Source: an uncultured delta proteobacterium
GTDB taxonomy: Bacteria > Desulfobacterota > Binatia > Binatales > Binataceae
Direction of reading: 5' to 3'
Assembly (NCBI GenBank): GCA_963814715.1
Contig: CAWFDW010000003.1
Location: forward strand, 50,879 to 114,878
Length of the DNA: 64,000 bases
The notes beneath the pieces are model-generated. The model saw nothing but the letters and a program-made list of their open reading frames with translations, had not been told where the DNA came from and made no database searches. Made by a program: the position numbers and the translations under genes. Positions 54,391 through 64,000 of the stretch are shown piece by piece (position 1 is the stretch's first letter; each line of letters starts with the position of its first letter).

Positions 54391-55653
54391 ATGAAAATCT
54401 CGATGTTCCATCTGATGCCGTATCGCGATCTGCCGGACGACTTCGCGCAGAAGTATCACTCGGTGTGGGTCGATCCGCCGTATTGCGAGCTCGCCGATTC
54501 GGTGAAGGTCGGGCAGTACTACAACTGGACGCTCGACGAGCTGATCCACGCCGCCGACAAGGGCATCGACGGTATCTGCGTCAACGAGCATCATCAGAAC
54601 GCCTACGGCTTCATGCCGAATCCCGACCTGATGGGATCGATTCTCGCGCGCGCGACCAACGGCACCGACGTCGCCGTCGTGCAGATGGGCGCGACGCTGC
54701 CGACCTCGAATCCGCCGATCCGAATCGCCGAAGAATATTCGATGATCGATTGTATCAGCGGCGGCCGCATGGTGGCCGGGATGCCGCTGGGCACGTCGCA
54801 GGACGTGAACCTGTGCTACGGAATCCCGCCGATCGAGCAGCGCGAGCGTTACTACGAGGCGCACGACCTGATTCTGAAGGCGTGGCAGTCGCCCGAAATT
54901 TTCGCGTGGAACGGCAAGTACTTCAAACTGCCGATGGTCAATATCTGGCCGCGTCCGATTCAGAAGCCGCATCCGCCGGTGTGGATTCCCGGCAGCGGCA
55001 GTCTCTCGACCTGGGATTTTTCCGCGAAGCACAACCATTGCTACTGCTTCCTGTCGTACTGGGGGAACAATTTCGGCAAGCGCGTGATGGACGGCTTCTG
55101 GGATTTCGTCGCCAAGGGCGGTCACGATCCCAATCCGTATCGCGCGGGATTTTTGCAGCTGGTCGCGGTGTCGGAGACCGACGCGCAGGCCGAAAAGGAC
55201 TACTACAAGCACATCCGATATTTTTACGACAAATGCCTGCACATCCTGCCCGAGTATTTTCCCGTCGCCGGCAACCAGGACTACAAGAGCCTGGTCAACA
55301 GCGTCACCAAGCTGAATCCGCAGTTGTTCGATCTGATGAACAAGATTCCGACGTGGAAGTACAAGGACTTCGTCGATAACCAGTTCGTGATCGCGGGCTC
55401 GCCGGCCACCGTGCGCCAGCAGTTGATGGAAGCGGTCAAGAAACTGCGCGTCGGCAACCTGATGGTGCTGCTGCATATCGGATCGATGCCGCACGAGTTG
55501 ACGATCAAGAATATCGATCTGTTCTGCAGCGAGGTGCTGCCGCATTTCCGCGGCGTCTGGGACGGCGAGTGGGAGAACAATTGGTGGCCCGAGTCGCTCA
55601 AGGGCCCGCGCACAAAGATCGCGTCGAACGGAGTGCATGCGGCGGCGCGCTAG
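54391..55653 (+). CDS. LLM-class (luciferase-like) flavin-dependent monooxygenase
   Basis: MKISMFHLMPY...GIDGICVNEHHQNAYGFMPNPDLMGSILA is the typical LLM N-terminus. 420 aa, intact. Confidence 0.75.
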   Translation: MKISMFHLMPYRDLPDDFAQKYHSVWVDPPYCELADSVKVGQYYNWTLDELIHAADKGIDGICVNEHHQNAYGFMPNPDLMGSILARATNGTDVAVVQMGATLPTSNPPIRIAEEYSMIDCISGGRMVAGMPLGTSQDVNLCYGIPPIEQRERYYEAHDLILKAWQSPEIFAWNGKYFKLPMVNIWPRPIQKPHPPVWIPGSGSLSTWDFSAKHNHCYCFLSYWGNNFGKRVMDGFWDFVAKGGHDPNPYRAGFLQLVAVSETDAQAEKDYYKHIRYFYDKCLHILPEYFPVAGNQDYKSLVNSVTKLNPQLFDLMNKIPTWKYKDFVDNQFVIAGSPATVRQQLMEAVKKLRVGNLMVLLHIGSMPHELTIKNIDLFCSEVLPHFRGVWDGEWENNWWPESLKGPRTKIASNGVHAAAR

Positions 55654-55667
55654 GACTCTCTAAGAAT

Positions 55668-55705
55668 CCGGTTCCCCTTCCCACTATGGGAAGGGGTTAG
55701 GGGTA
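55668..55705. repeat. REP-like hairpin element, family A copy 2 (CCCCTTCCC-actat-GGGAAGGGG-TTAGGGGT)
   Basis: Matches 8280-8317 except for the loop. Intergenic, just after the LLM gene stop. Confidence 0.6.
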
Positions 55706-55730
55706 CGCTCGATTCAAGCAGAGGACTGAT

Positions 55731-56516
55731 ATGGCGGCTGCAAAAGATAAGACGGTCAGCGTGTGGGGCGACAAGGTTCATCCCAAGGTCAGGATTCTCG
55801 GCGACGGGCCGCCGCTCGTCTATCTGCATGGCGGCTATGGACCGATCGAGACCGAGCTGCTCGACGAGCTCGCGAAGAGCTTCACCGTCTATGCGCCCGA
55901 GCATCCCGGGATCACGGCGGGCGACGAGGACTCCTACAAGGCGCTCGACGACATGTGGGATCTCGTCCTCTACTACTACGACTTGTTCGACAAGCTCGGG
56001 CTCAAGTCGCCGGCGGTGGTCGGTCATTCGTTCGGCGGGATGATTGCGGGTGAAATCGCGGCGACCGATCCGACGCGCGTCGGCAAGCTGGTGCTGATAA
56101 GTCCGTTGGGCTTGTGGCGCGACGACTCGCCGATTCGCAATTACATCGTGACGCCGCAGACCGACCTGCCCGCGCTGCTGTTCAAGGATCAGCATCACCC
56201 GTCGTTGAAGCGAATCACGCTGAACCCCGAGGATCAGCAGGGCTTCATCCGCATCACGTGGGCGCTCGGATGCACCGGCAAGTTCATGTGGCCGATACCG
56301 GACAAGGGACTGCGCAAAAGGCTGCATCGAATCGAGTGCGCCGACGCTGATCGTATGGGGCAAGGACGACAAGCTGCTGCCGGCGGTCTACGCCGACGAA
56401 TTCCGCAAAGGGATTCCCGGCGCAAAGATCCATCTCGTCGACGGCGGCGCGCACATGATGCCGCTCGAGGAGCCGGCAAAGTTGGCGGCGTCGGTCGCGA
56501 AGTTCATCAAGGGGTA
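55731..56516 (+). CDS. alpha/beta-fold hydrolase; frameshift ~56335
   Basis: HGGYGP, nucleophile elbow GHSFGG, and the C-terminal ...LIVWGKDDKLLP...DGGAHMMPLEEP in the next frame. Confidence 0.7.
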
Positions 56517-56635
56517 GGCGCGGGCGACCTATTTATCACTTGCAGATCGCCCACGCCTCGAATACTTCCATACAGGACTCTCGGACTAACCTGCATGGAC
56601 CTTTGACTGTTCGTGCGAATGCGAGTGGAATAAAG

Positions 56636-57190
56636 ATGAAACTCAACTCCCTTAAAATGTCGTGCCTTGCCGTCGTGGCGATGCTCGTCTTCGCCTCGGC
56701 CTGCAAAGGCGCAACGGATGGACTCCCAGTGAGAAACACAGGTCATTACGCAATTATCGAGACCGAACGCGGCACTATCGTCATGGAGCTTTACCCCGAA
56801 GCAGCGCCCAAGACCGTGGCGAATTTCGAGACGCTGGTGAACAAGGGCTTCTACAACGGCCTGACGTGGCATCGCGTCGTCCCGGACTTCGTCATCCAGG
56901 GCGGCGATCCTGATGGCACCGGCGCGGGCGGCCCCGGATACACCGTCCCCGCCGAGATCAAGGAGAAGCATCTGCGCGGCAGCGTCGCGACGGCGCGCAC
57001 CGGCGACGACGTAAATCCGAAACGCGATTCGAGCGGCAGCCAGTTCTACATCTGCCTCGCGCCGCAGCCGGGACTCGACGGTCAATACACCGTCTTCGGC
57101 GGCGTGATTAAGGGGATGGACGCGGTCGATCAGATTCAGAAGGGCGACCACATGAAGAAAATCACGCTCGCCAAGGAGCCGCCGAAGTAG
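56636..57190 (+). CDS. ppiA: cyclophilin-type peptidyl-prolyl cis-trans isomerase, lipoprotein/secreted form
   Basis: Signal peptide plus lipobox (FASAC). ...FHRVVPDFVIQGGDP...GYTVFGGVIKGMDAVD... cyclophilin motifs. Confidence 0.8.
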   Translation: MKLNSLKMSCLAVVAMLVFASACKGATDGLPVRNTGHYAIIETERGTIVMELYPEAAPKTVANFETLVNKGFYNGLTWHRVVPDFVIQGGDPDGTGAGGPGYTVPAEIKEKHLRGSVATARTGDDVNPKRDSSGSQFYICLAPQPGLDGQYTVFGGVIKGMDAVDQIQKGDHMKKITLAKEPPK

Positions 57191-57207
57191 CCATTGGCGC
57201 GTCGCAA

Positions 57208-57949
57208 ATGGCGGATTCACGAAGCGGGCACCCGCAGCCGGCGGGGCCCTACTTCAGCGTAGACCTGCATCTCCACACCAATCGCGGCAGTTCGGACTCG
57301 AACCTGGCGCCGAAAGATCTCGTCGAGCGCGCGCGTGCGATCGGAATCGGCGCGGTCTGTATCACCGAGCACGACAACATGTGGGACTCGCGCGAGATGG
57401 CCGCGATGGCCGGCGACTCGGGCGTGATCTTTCTGCGCGGGATGGAAGTGACGACCGACATGGGCCACGTCGGCGCATTCGGGCTCGAGCGCTACGTCGG
57501 CGGAATCTACAAGCTGGCCGAACTGCGGCGCGTGATCGATCTCGAAGGCGGAATCCTGATCGCGAATCATCCGTTCCGCTACAAACTCGACCCGCGCTTT
57601 TCGTTTATCAACCCGGACTCCGAACCGATCGATCCGACTTATCCCGGACCGCGCCGCCAAGCTCAGAATCTTCGAGCTCGTCGATGCGATCGAAGTGCTC
57701 AACGGCGCCTGCGGCGAGGACGAGAACGTCTTCGCACTAAAAGTCGCGCGTCATCTCGGGATGGCCGAAGTCGCAGGCTCGGACTCGCATTCGGCAGGCT
57801 CAGTAGGATGCGTAACGACGCTGCTCGACGGTCCAATCAAGGACGAGCGCGACCTGATCGACGCAATCCGAGCGCGTCGATGCCGCGCCGGCCGCGGACT
57901 ATTGAAGAACGCGCTCGCCCCGTTCGAGCTGTCGCCATCCGCCAGCTAA
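57208..57949 (+). CDS. PHP-domain metal-dependent phosphoesterase; frameshift ~57650
   Basis: DLHLHTNRGSSDS...ITEHDNM...HP... are PHP His motifs. The C-terminus (...AEVAGSDSHSAGSVG...) is in another frame. Confidence 0.65.
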
Positions 57950-57980
57950 ACGCGCTGAAAAAGTCCTTTGAAATATAAGC

Positions 57981-58122
57981 GTTTTCCTTTCATTTTCGCT
58001 CATCGACAGATTTGAAAGGAAAACTAGTTTAAATCATCACTGAAATTTAGATTAAAACCTTAATTATGCTATTATTTCCTTTCAAATTAGCGATCTAGCC
58101 AATTTGAGAGGAAAACTGTTTG
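57981..58122. repeat. two ~45-bp AT-rich palindromic units in tandem (half-site GTTTTCCTTTCA / TGAAAGGAAAAC around a 17-19 nt core), in a ~35% GC intergenic island
   Basis: Unit 1 is 57982-58025 and unit 2 is 58074-58122. A partial half-site lies at 57964-57974. Located upstream of the gene at 58120. Confidence 0.55.
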
Positions 58123-59205
58123 AAGCTTAAGGAACTCACTGCCGAGCAGCGCAGAATCGCGGTCGATACAGCGCAGCTCTACGAACATTTGATCGAGCTT
58201 GAAGCAGAACGGCAGAGCGTTTCGCGGCGGCTTGTACTGGAAGACGGTCGCCGGTCACGACTATCTCGTGCGCATCACCGACCGCACACGGCGGCAATCG
58301 CTCGCTCGGCCCGCGCTCGCCCGAGACTGAGGAAGCCTATCGGGAATTCACCGAATCCAAGAGCGACCTCGATGTGCGGATCAAATCAATCAACGAAGAG
58401 ATCGCGCGCCAGGCCAAGTTTTGCGTCGCCGCATCGGTCAATCGAGTTCCGAGGCTTCGCCGCCGACATCGTCAGGTCGCTCGACGCGAGCGGGCTGCTC
58501 GGCAGTCATCTGATTATTCTCGGCAGTCATGCGATGTATGCCTACGAGATGGCGGCGGGCGTCCAGCTCAAAGCCGGACTTCTTCAGACCGAAGATCTCG
58601 ACACGCTGCTGAACACCAAATCTGAAATCGAACTGGCCGGCTCGGTACGAAGCGCAGGACTGCTCGGAATCCTTCAGGACGTCGATGCGACCTTCAAGCC
58701 TCAACGCAAAAGATCGTTTCGCGCCGTCAACGCGAAGGGCTTCATGGTCGATTTGATCCGCGCGCCAATCGATTCCGGCGGACTCGCGTTCACCAGCATC
58801 GGCACTGGAACAGATCTCGTCGCGGACCAGTTGCGCGGCCTCGAATGGCTCACGGCCTTGCCGCTGATGACTCAAATCGTGATCGCCGACAACGGCTTCC
58901 CGGTGAGATTCGTCGTGCCCGAGCCGCGCGTGTTCGCATTGCACAAGTTGTGGGTCTCGCTCCAGCCGACGCGGGATCCGATCAAGCGCAAACGCGATCT
59001 CCATCAGGCGGAAGCCGTCGTGCAACTCGCGCTCGACTACTTCAATTTGAGGTTCGACGACGCGGCGATCAAAGCGCTGCCGTCCGAGCTCACAGTCGAT
59101 GATTCCGGGCCTGGTCGAGCGAATCGACGCCCGACGTTCGAAGACGCAAGGTGGATCGACAGCGCTTCCGCCGGGCTTCGAATCAGCGATCCCGACGAGG
59201 ATTAA
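58120..59205 (+). CDS. hypothetical protein with predicted minimal nucleotidyltransferase fold (GSU2403/AbiEii-like?); N-terminal frameshifts
   Basis: ...LIILGSHAMYAYE...TEDLDTLL... is a GS...DxD pattern. The N-terminal 100 aa are spread over three frames (...LYWKTVAGHDYLVRITDRTRRQSL...SPETEEAYREFTESKSDLDVRIKSINEEIARQAKF). Confidence 0.35.
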   Translation: MKLKELTAEQRRIAVDTAQLYEHLIELEAERQSVSRRLVLEDGRRSRLSRAHHRPHTAAIARSARARPRLRKPIGNSPNPRATSMCGSNQSTKRSRARPSFASPHRSIEFRGFAADIVRSLDASGLLGSHLIILGSHAMYAYEMAAGVQLKAGLLQTEDLDTLLNTKSEIELAGSVRSAGLLGILQDVDATFKPQRKRSFRAVNAKGFMVDLIRAPIDSGGLAFTSIGTGTDLVADQLRGLEWLTALPLMTQIVIADNGFPVRFVVPEPRVFALHKLWVSLQPTRDPIKRKRDLHQAEAVVQLALDYFNLRFDDAAIKALPSELTVDDSGPGRANRRPTFEDARWIDSASAGLRISDPDED

Positions 59206-59276
59206 ATCTCCTCCCGCCATTGTCCGCGACGCTCTCGATCCGATAAAATTTTTGCGCCGCTGCTGAGACCCTACAA

Positions 59277-61653
59277 ATGAGTGCTAACAAGGATCGCCTC
59301 GCTCTGATCGAGCATCTCTCGTCGATTGGCGGCGAGCATTCCGACGACCTCCGCGAGACGCTCGATCGCGTCGCGTTCGCGATCGCGAGCGGGATGGAGG
59401 CCGAGGTCTGTTCGCTCTACCTCTTCGATCCTCAGCGCGAGCGGCTCGTGCTGCGCGCCACCGTCGGGCTCGATCGCGAATCGGTCGGCAAGGTTTCGAT
59501 GCGTCTCAACGAGGGACTGGTCGGGCTGGTGCTGGAAAAAGACGATCCAGTCTACGTGCCCGACGCGATCAGTCATCAGCGCTACAAGTATTTTCCCGAG
59601 ACCGGCGAGGAGCGCTTCCATACTTTTCTCGGCGTGCCGGTGCATGACGGCCGCAAGAAGCCGCTCGGAGTGCTGGTCGCGCAGACCCTCGAGCGGCGCA
59701 AATTCAACAAGAACGAAATCCGCTTGCTGAGCACCGCGGCCAACCAGGTCGCGCAGATTCTTTCTCATTTCAGGCTGCGCGAATCGCTCGTCACCAAGGA
59801 AAAAGAGCGGCTCGAGTACAAGCGCCGGATGATCGAGGCCAACCGCCAGCTCAAGGATTACGAGAAGGTCGGCGGCAAGACGCGTCACGCCGCGCCGGCC
59901 AAGATTCGACGACCGCGGCTGGCGGGACTTTCCGCGTCTCCCGGATTTGCGCAGGGCAACGCGCACGTCGTCGGCACTTTTCTGAGCAGCGTCGATCGGC
60001 ATCAGAAGTCGCGCGACCCCAAGGTCGAGAGCAAGCGCTTCGAGGAGGCTCTCACCCGTTCGCTCTCCGAGCTGGCGACGCTGCGGATTCGGATGGAACC
60101 GCTGATGCCCGAGTCGGACCTCAAAATCTTCGACGGCCATCGCATGATTCTCGAAGACGAAGAGTTCGTCGGCCGCATCCGCGACACGATTACCAACGGC
60201 TACACCGCCGAGAGCGCGCTGTTTCGCGTGATCGAGGAGCTGAGCGCCTCGATGCTCGCGGTTGCCGACAACTACCTGCGCGAGCGCGCGACCGATTTCC
60301 GCGACGTCGGCCATCGCGTGCTGCGTCATCTGCGGCAGGAGGAAAAGCGCGCGCCCTTCAGCAAGCCGACGATTATCGTCGCCGAGGAGCTGACGCTCTC
60401 GCAGTTGACGATGGTCAATCACGACCGGCTCGCCGGGATCGCGCTGCAATCGGGCGGCGTCACGTCGCATGCGGCGATCCTTGCGCGCGCGTTCGAAATC
60501 CCGACCGTCGTCGGCGTCGAGCATCTGATGGAATCGGTCGTCGAGGGCGATCAGCTCGTGCTCGACGGCAACGCCGGCGTCGTTTACGTCAATCCCGGCG
60601 CCGAGATCGAGCGCGACTACGTGAGCCTGTCGCAAGCGCTACGAGGCCTTCAAGAAAGAGCTGATCGAAGAGGGCAACGCGCCCACCGCGACCCGCGACG
60701 GCCATCGCGTCATGATGCTCGCGAATATCGCGCTGCTCGCCGACATCCACCTGGCGCTGCGCTACGGCGCCGAGGGTGTCGGACTGCTGCGCTCGGAATT
60801 CTCGTTCCTGACCTACGAGGATTTTCCCGACGAGACTCAGCAGCTCGCGCTCTACAACAAGATGCTCGAGACGCTCGGCAAGCGCCCGGTCACGATTCGC
60901 ACGCTCGATATCGGCGCCGACAAGTATCCGCCGTACATGCGCGTGCCGCGCGAGGACAACCCGTTCCTCGGCTGGCGCTCGATACGAATCTCGCTCGAGA
61001 TGTCCGGGCTGTTCAAGGTTCAGCTCCGCGCGATTCTCCGCGCCGCCGCCAAGCACAACGTGCGCATCATGTTCCCGATGATCTCGAGCCTCGAGGAATT
61101 GCGCCGCGCCAAGGAGCTGCTGGCCGAGTCGCAGGCCGAGCTGTTCAAGGAAGGCCTCGAGCACAATCCGAATATCGAAGTCGGGATCATGGTCGAGGTG
61201 CCGTCGGCGGTATGGCTCGCGCCGCGGCTTGCGCGCGAGGTCGATTTTTTCTCGGTCGGCACCAACGACCTCATCCAGTACCTGCTCGCCGCCGACCGCA
61301 ACAATCCCAAGGTCGCGCATCTGTACGAGGCGCTCCATCCCGCGGTGATTTCCGCGATCGCCGAGGTCGTCAACGTCGCGCGCGCCGCCGACAAGGAGGT
61401 CTGCCTCTGCGGCGAGATGGCCAGCGACCCGCTCGCGACGCTCCTGCTGGTCGGGATGGGCCTCGACGAACTCAGCCTGAGCCCGCTGTTCATCCCGGTC
61501 GTGCGCAAGGTGATCCGCGAGGTCGACTATCAGACCGCCCGCCTGATCGCGCGCGAGACCCTCCAGATGGCCAGCGTGCAGGAAGTCAAGGGCTACCTGG
61601 TCGAGCGCTACCGCGACCTCGGCCTGATCAACCTCGTCGAAATGTACCGTTAG
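59277..61653 (+). CDS. ptsP: phosphoenolpyruvate-protein phosphotransferase EI-Ntr (GAF + PEP-utilising enzyme domains); frameshift ~60640-60700
   Basis: N-terminal GAF domain. EI motifs ...GGVTSHAAILARAFEIPTVVG... and, in the next frame, the C-terminal TIM barrel ...FFSVGTNDLIQY...CGEMA.... Confidence 0.85.
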
Positions 61654-61916
61654 CCCGGAAGGTGGTATCGTTTCTTCGATGAGTAAACTTGAAGCCATGG
61701 AGAAGAGAGTCTCCGGTCTCTCGGCGCAGGAACTCGCAGAGTTTCGGCAGTGGTTCGCTGAGTTTGATGCAGTTGCATGGGATCGGCAGATCGAGCGAGA
61801 CGCAAAAGCGGGGAAACTCGACGCGCTGGCCAATGATGAAGCCCTTCGCGCCCATGCCGCGGTTCGCGCGCTATCGCGACCTCGGCCCGATTAATTTGGT
61901 CGAAATGTACCGCTGA
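61605..61916. mobile_element. putative decayed insertion at the ptsP 3' end: ~48-bp diverged direct repeat of the ptsP terminus (61605-61653 and 61867-61916) flanking a ~210-bp insert
   Basis: 41/48 nt identical. The second copy still encodes RYRDLGPINLVEMYR* in frame; six of the seven differences are synonymous or in the stop codon. Confidence 0.45.
61679..61894 (+). CDS. small hypothetical protein, addiction-module/antitoxin-like helical protein (72 aa)
   Basis: MSKLEAMEKRVSGLSAQELAEFRQWFAEFDAVAWDRQIERDAKAGKLDALANDEAL... resembles putative addiction-module component families (from memory). Lies inside the repeat-flanked insert. Confidence 0.35.
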   Translation: MSKLEAMEKRVSGLSAQELAEFRQWFAEFDAVAWDRQIERDAKAGKLDALANDEALRAHAAVRALSRPRPD

Positions 61917-62114
61917 GTACCCCCTGTTCCGATTATCCCGACTAATTTCTGGACATCCGTGCTATAAGCGTGGTCCAATTGTGATAGGTTGACATTCCTG
62001 TTCGGGATTTGTTTACTGGTAGTCTGACCGAGCGGTTAGATACTCCCCCCACTTTCGGGTATGATGGGCTGGATGGGTTGCCGGGGTTAGGAACCAAAAG
62101 CAGAGGATTTATTG

Positions 62115-63987
62115 ATGGTATTTCTTGTATTTCTAGGCGCATTTCTGGTTTTCGCTGCAAGCATCCTCTATTGGCTCTTGGGGACCAATCGCTATGGCAC
62201 CGACCGTCCCGGCGCGAAGCTTCAGCTGACGGCTCGCGAGGGTGCGACGGCAGATGCGGCGATGAAGCCGGAGCCTTGCCGCACTGTTCGCGTCTATTTC
62301 ATCAAGCCGTCGCGTTACGACGAAGACGGCTTCGTCCAGTATTTCCGCTACGGCGTCCAGCCGAACAACACTTTGACCGTGATGACGGCGCTCAACGAGG
62401 CTTTCAACAAGCGCTACGCCGTCGAGCGCAATGTCCGCCTCGAAACGGTAATTTGGGACGAAATCTGCGACGGCATTGTCAGTCCCGAGACAATCACTGC
62501 GATTAAAGATAAGGCGCGCGAAGACGGCGTCGAGTTGCTGATTGGGCTCGCCGGTGTGCAATCGAATCAGTACCCGCGCGGCCGCGACCTCGCGCTCCAG
62601 TTCGTCGCCGAGGGCATCCCGACGATGATGGGCGGGTTCCACGTCAGCGGCTTCCCCGACTCGTGCAAGTTCCTGAACGAATGCGGCGTCACGACCGTCG
62701 TTGGCGAGGCTGAAAATATCTGGGGCGATATCGTCGAGGATTTCCTGCGCGGCGAGCTGCGCCTCCACTACACGGTCACGCAGGGAATTCGCGCCAAGAC
62801 CGGCCAGGAAGACATCATCGTTCCGCTAATCACCGAGTCGCTGCTGCCGGTGCTCGACGATCGATATCTCACGCGATTTTTCAACGACACGATGACCACG
62901 CTCGACACTTCGCGCGGATGCCCGTTCACCTGCTCGTACTGCAGCGTGAAGAACGTGATGGGCCGCACGATGCGCTCGCGCGAGCCGGACGCGGTCGTGA
63001 CCTGGGTGCGCGACGCATGCCGGCATCACGGGATCGAGTCGCTGTTCCTGGTCGATGACGATTTTTTCCGATCGCCGCGATGGGAAGAAATTCTCACCGG
63101 GCTGGTCGAAGTGAAGAAGGAGTACCCGAAGCTCTCCTTCATGATGCAGGTGGACGTTGACGCGTCGTGCTACGCGAACGTCGCCGAGGGCGAGACCGAG
63201 ACCGCCAAGCATCGGCGCAGCAAGCGCTTCACCGAGTTGGCCGCGGCCGCCGGATGCTACCAGGCGTTCGTCGGAATCGAGTCGCTCAATCCCGACAATC
63301 TGAATTTTGCGACGAAGTATCAGAACACCGACGACCGCCAGGGCAAGGGCAAGCTCGAAGCGGTGCGTGCGCACGTGATCGACAAATATCGGCGCGTCGT
63401 CGAGAACTGGCACAAGGTCGGCGTCTCGGTACATGCCGGGCTACATGCTGGGATTCCCGTTCGACGGCCCCGATTGCGGACGCGTCGCCGCGGCTACGCT
63501 GAAAAAGATCGGCTTCGACATCGTGTCGTTCTTCATCATGACGCCGCTGCCGGGCACCGAGGACCAGGTGCGCTTCACCAAGGAAGGCGCGATCATCGAC
63601 TGGGACTTCAACCAGCTCGACTCGCAGCACGTCACGCTCCGCCACGACAAGCTCGACAAGGAGAGCTGGCTCGGCGCGTATCGCGACGCCTACAAGGGCT
63701 TCTACTCGATCCCGCGCTTTCTGCACACGATGTTCACCGTATGCGCCGGCCGCGGACTCGACGCGGAAGCGCGCAAGGGCGTCCTTCGCCAGTTCACGTA
63801 TTATTTCTTCAGCTATCGCCAGGGACGGCATCCGATGGTCGGCGGCATTTGGCCGATTCGCCGCCGCGACGTCCGCCGCGCCGCCGTCACCGACGACGAG
63901 GCGCGCCGCTTCTACCTCGGCGGCAAGCGCTTCGACGCGATCCTGCGCGGCGACGGCACCGAAGGATTCGCCGGCGCCCCCGCGTAA
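62115..63987 (+). CDS. B12-binding-domain radical SAM protein (class B rSAM, DUF4070-like C-terminus) with N-terminal TM helix; frameshift ~63425
   Basis: ATG at 62115. N-terminal TM, B12-binding-like region, radical SAM CPFTCSYC (CxxxCxxC). C-terminus read from the ORF at 63433-63987. Absent from the ORF track as one piece because frame 0 runs off the window end. Confidence 0.7.
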
Positions 63988-64000
63988 GCCATCACACATT

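Noticed and set aside
56507-57220. 237-aa minus-strand ORF
   Set aside because: Antisense to the cyclophilin gene, which has a clear signal peptide and PPIase motifs.
59271-61833. Two long minus-strand ORFs (454 and 414 aa) across ptsP
   Set aside because: Antisense to ptsP, whose GAF and PEP-utilising motifs are unambiguous on the plus strand.

Overview
This window is a 64-kb, high-GC (~65%) bacterial chromosomal segment. The first 7 kb is a conserved housekeeping block: a hisC 3' fragment, tyrA, cmk, rpsA and ihfB. The rest is a mixed metabolic and accessory region. It holds a ChlI-like AAA+ ATPase with a vWA partner, followed by a low-GC orphan Dam methyltransferase. It also holds a YbhGFSR-type efflux operon (TetR, HlyD, tandem ABC ATPase, two ABC-2 permeases) and redox/detox genes (SDR, quinone oxidoreductase, HCCA-isomerase-like, HxlR). 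A small Cys/His-rich protein heads an operon of amidohydrolase-2, PhyH dioxygenase and a TPP enzyme. Further genes are an APH-family kinase, two LLM oxidoreductases, a phasin-like protein with two ArsA/GET3 ATPases, a Tad pseudopilin cluster (TadG, two TadE) and a GH15 glucoamylase. Then come tatC/tatA, an HDAC-like protein, two paralogous FHA-TM-CAP-domain proteins, a GH29 fucosidase and a large Pmp-like beta-helix repeat protein with a (Thr-Ala)n linker. The window ends with cyclophilin, a PHP phosphoesterase, ptsP and a B12-binding radical SAM protein at the edge. I found no rRNA, tRNA or CRISPR. The most striking global property is that roughly half of the recognisable genes, including essential rpsA and cmk, are interrupted by apparent 1-nt indels, so the ORF track splits them into two or three pieces. 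I give whole-gene spans and flag the frameshifts; this looks like a sequence-quality artefact rather than true pseudogenisation. Sequence features not explained by the ORFs are two families of GC-rich hairpin (REP-like) repeats, AT-rich palindromic repeat pairs in low-GC intergenic islands, and operator-like palindromes upstream of the TetR and HxlR regulators. There is also a diverged 48-bp duplication of the ptsP 3' end flanking a ~200-bp insert that carries an antitoxin-like ORF, and protein-coding tandem repeats.
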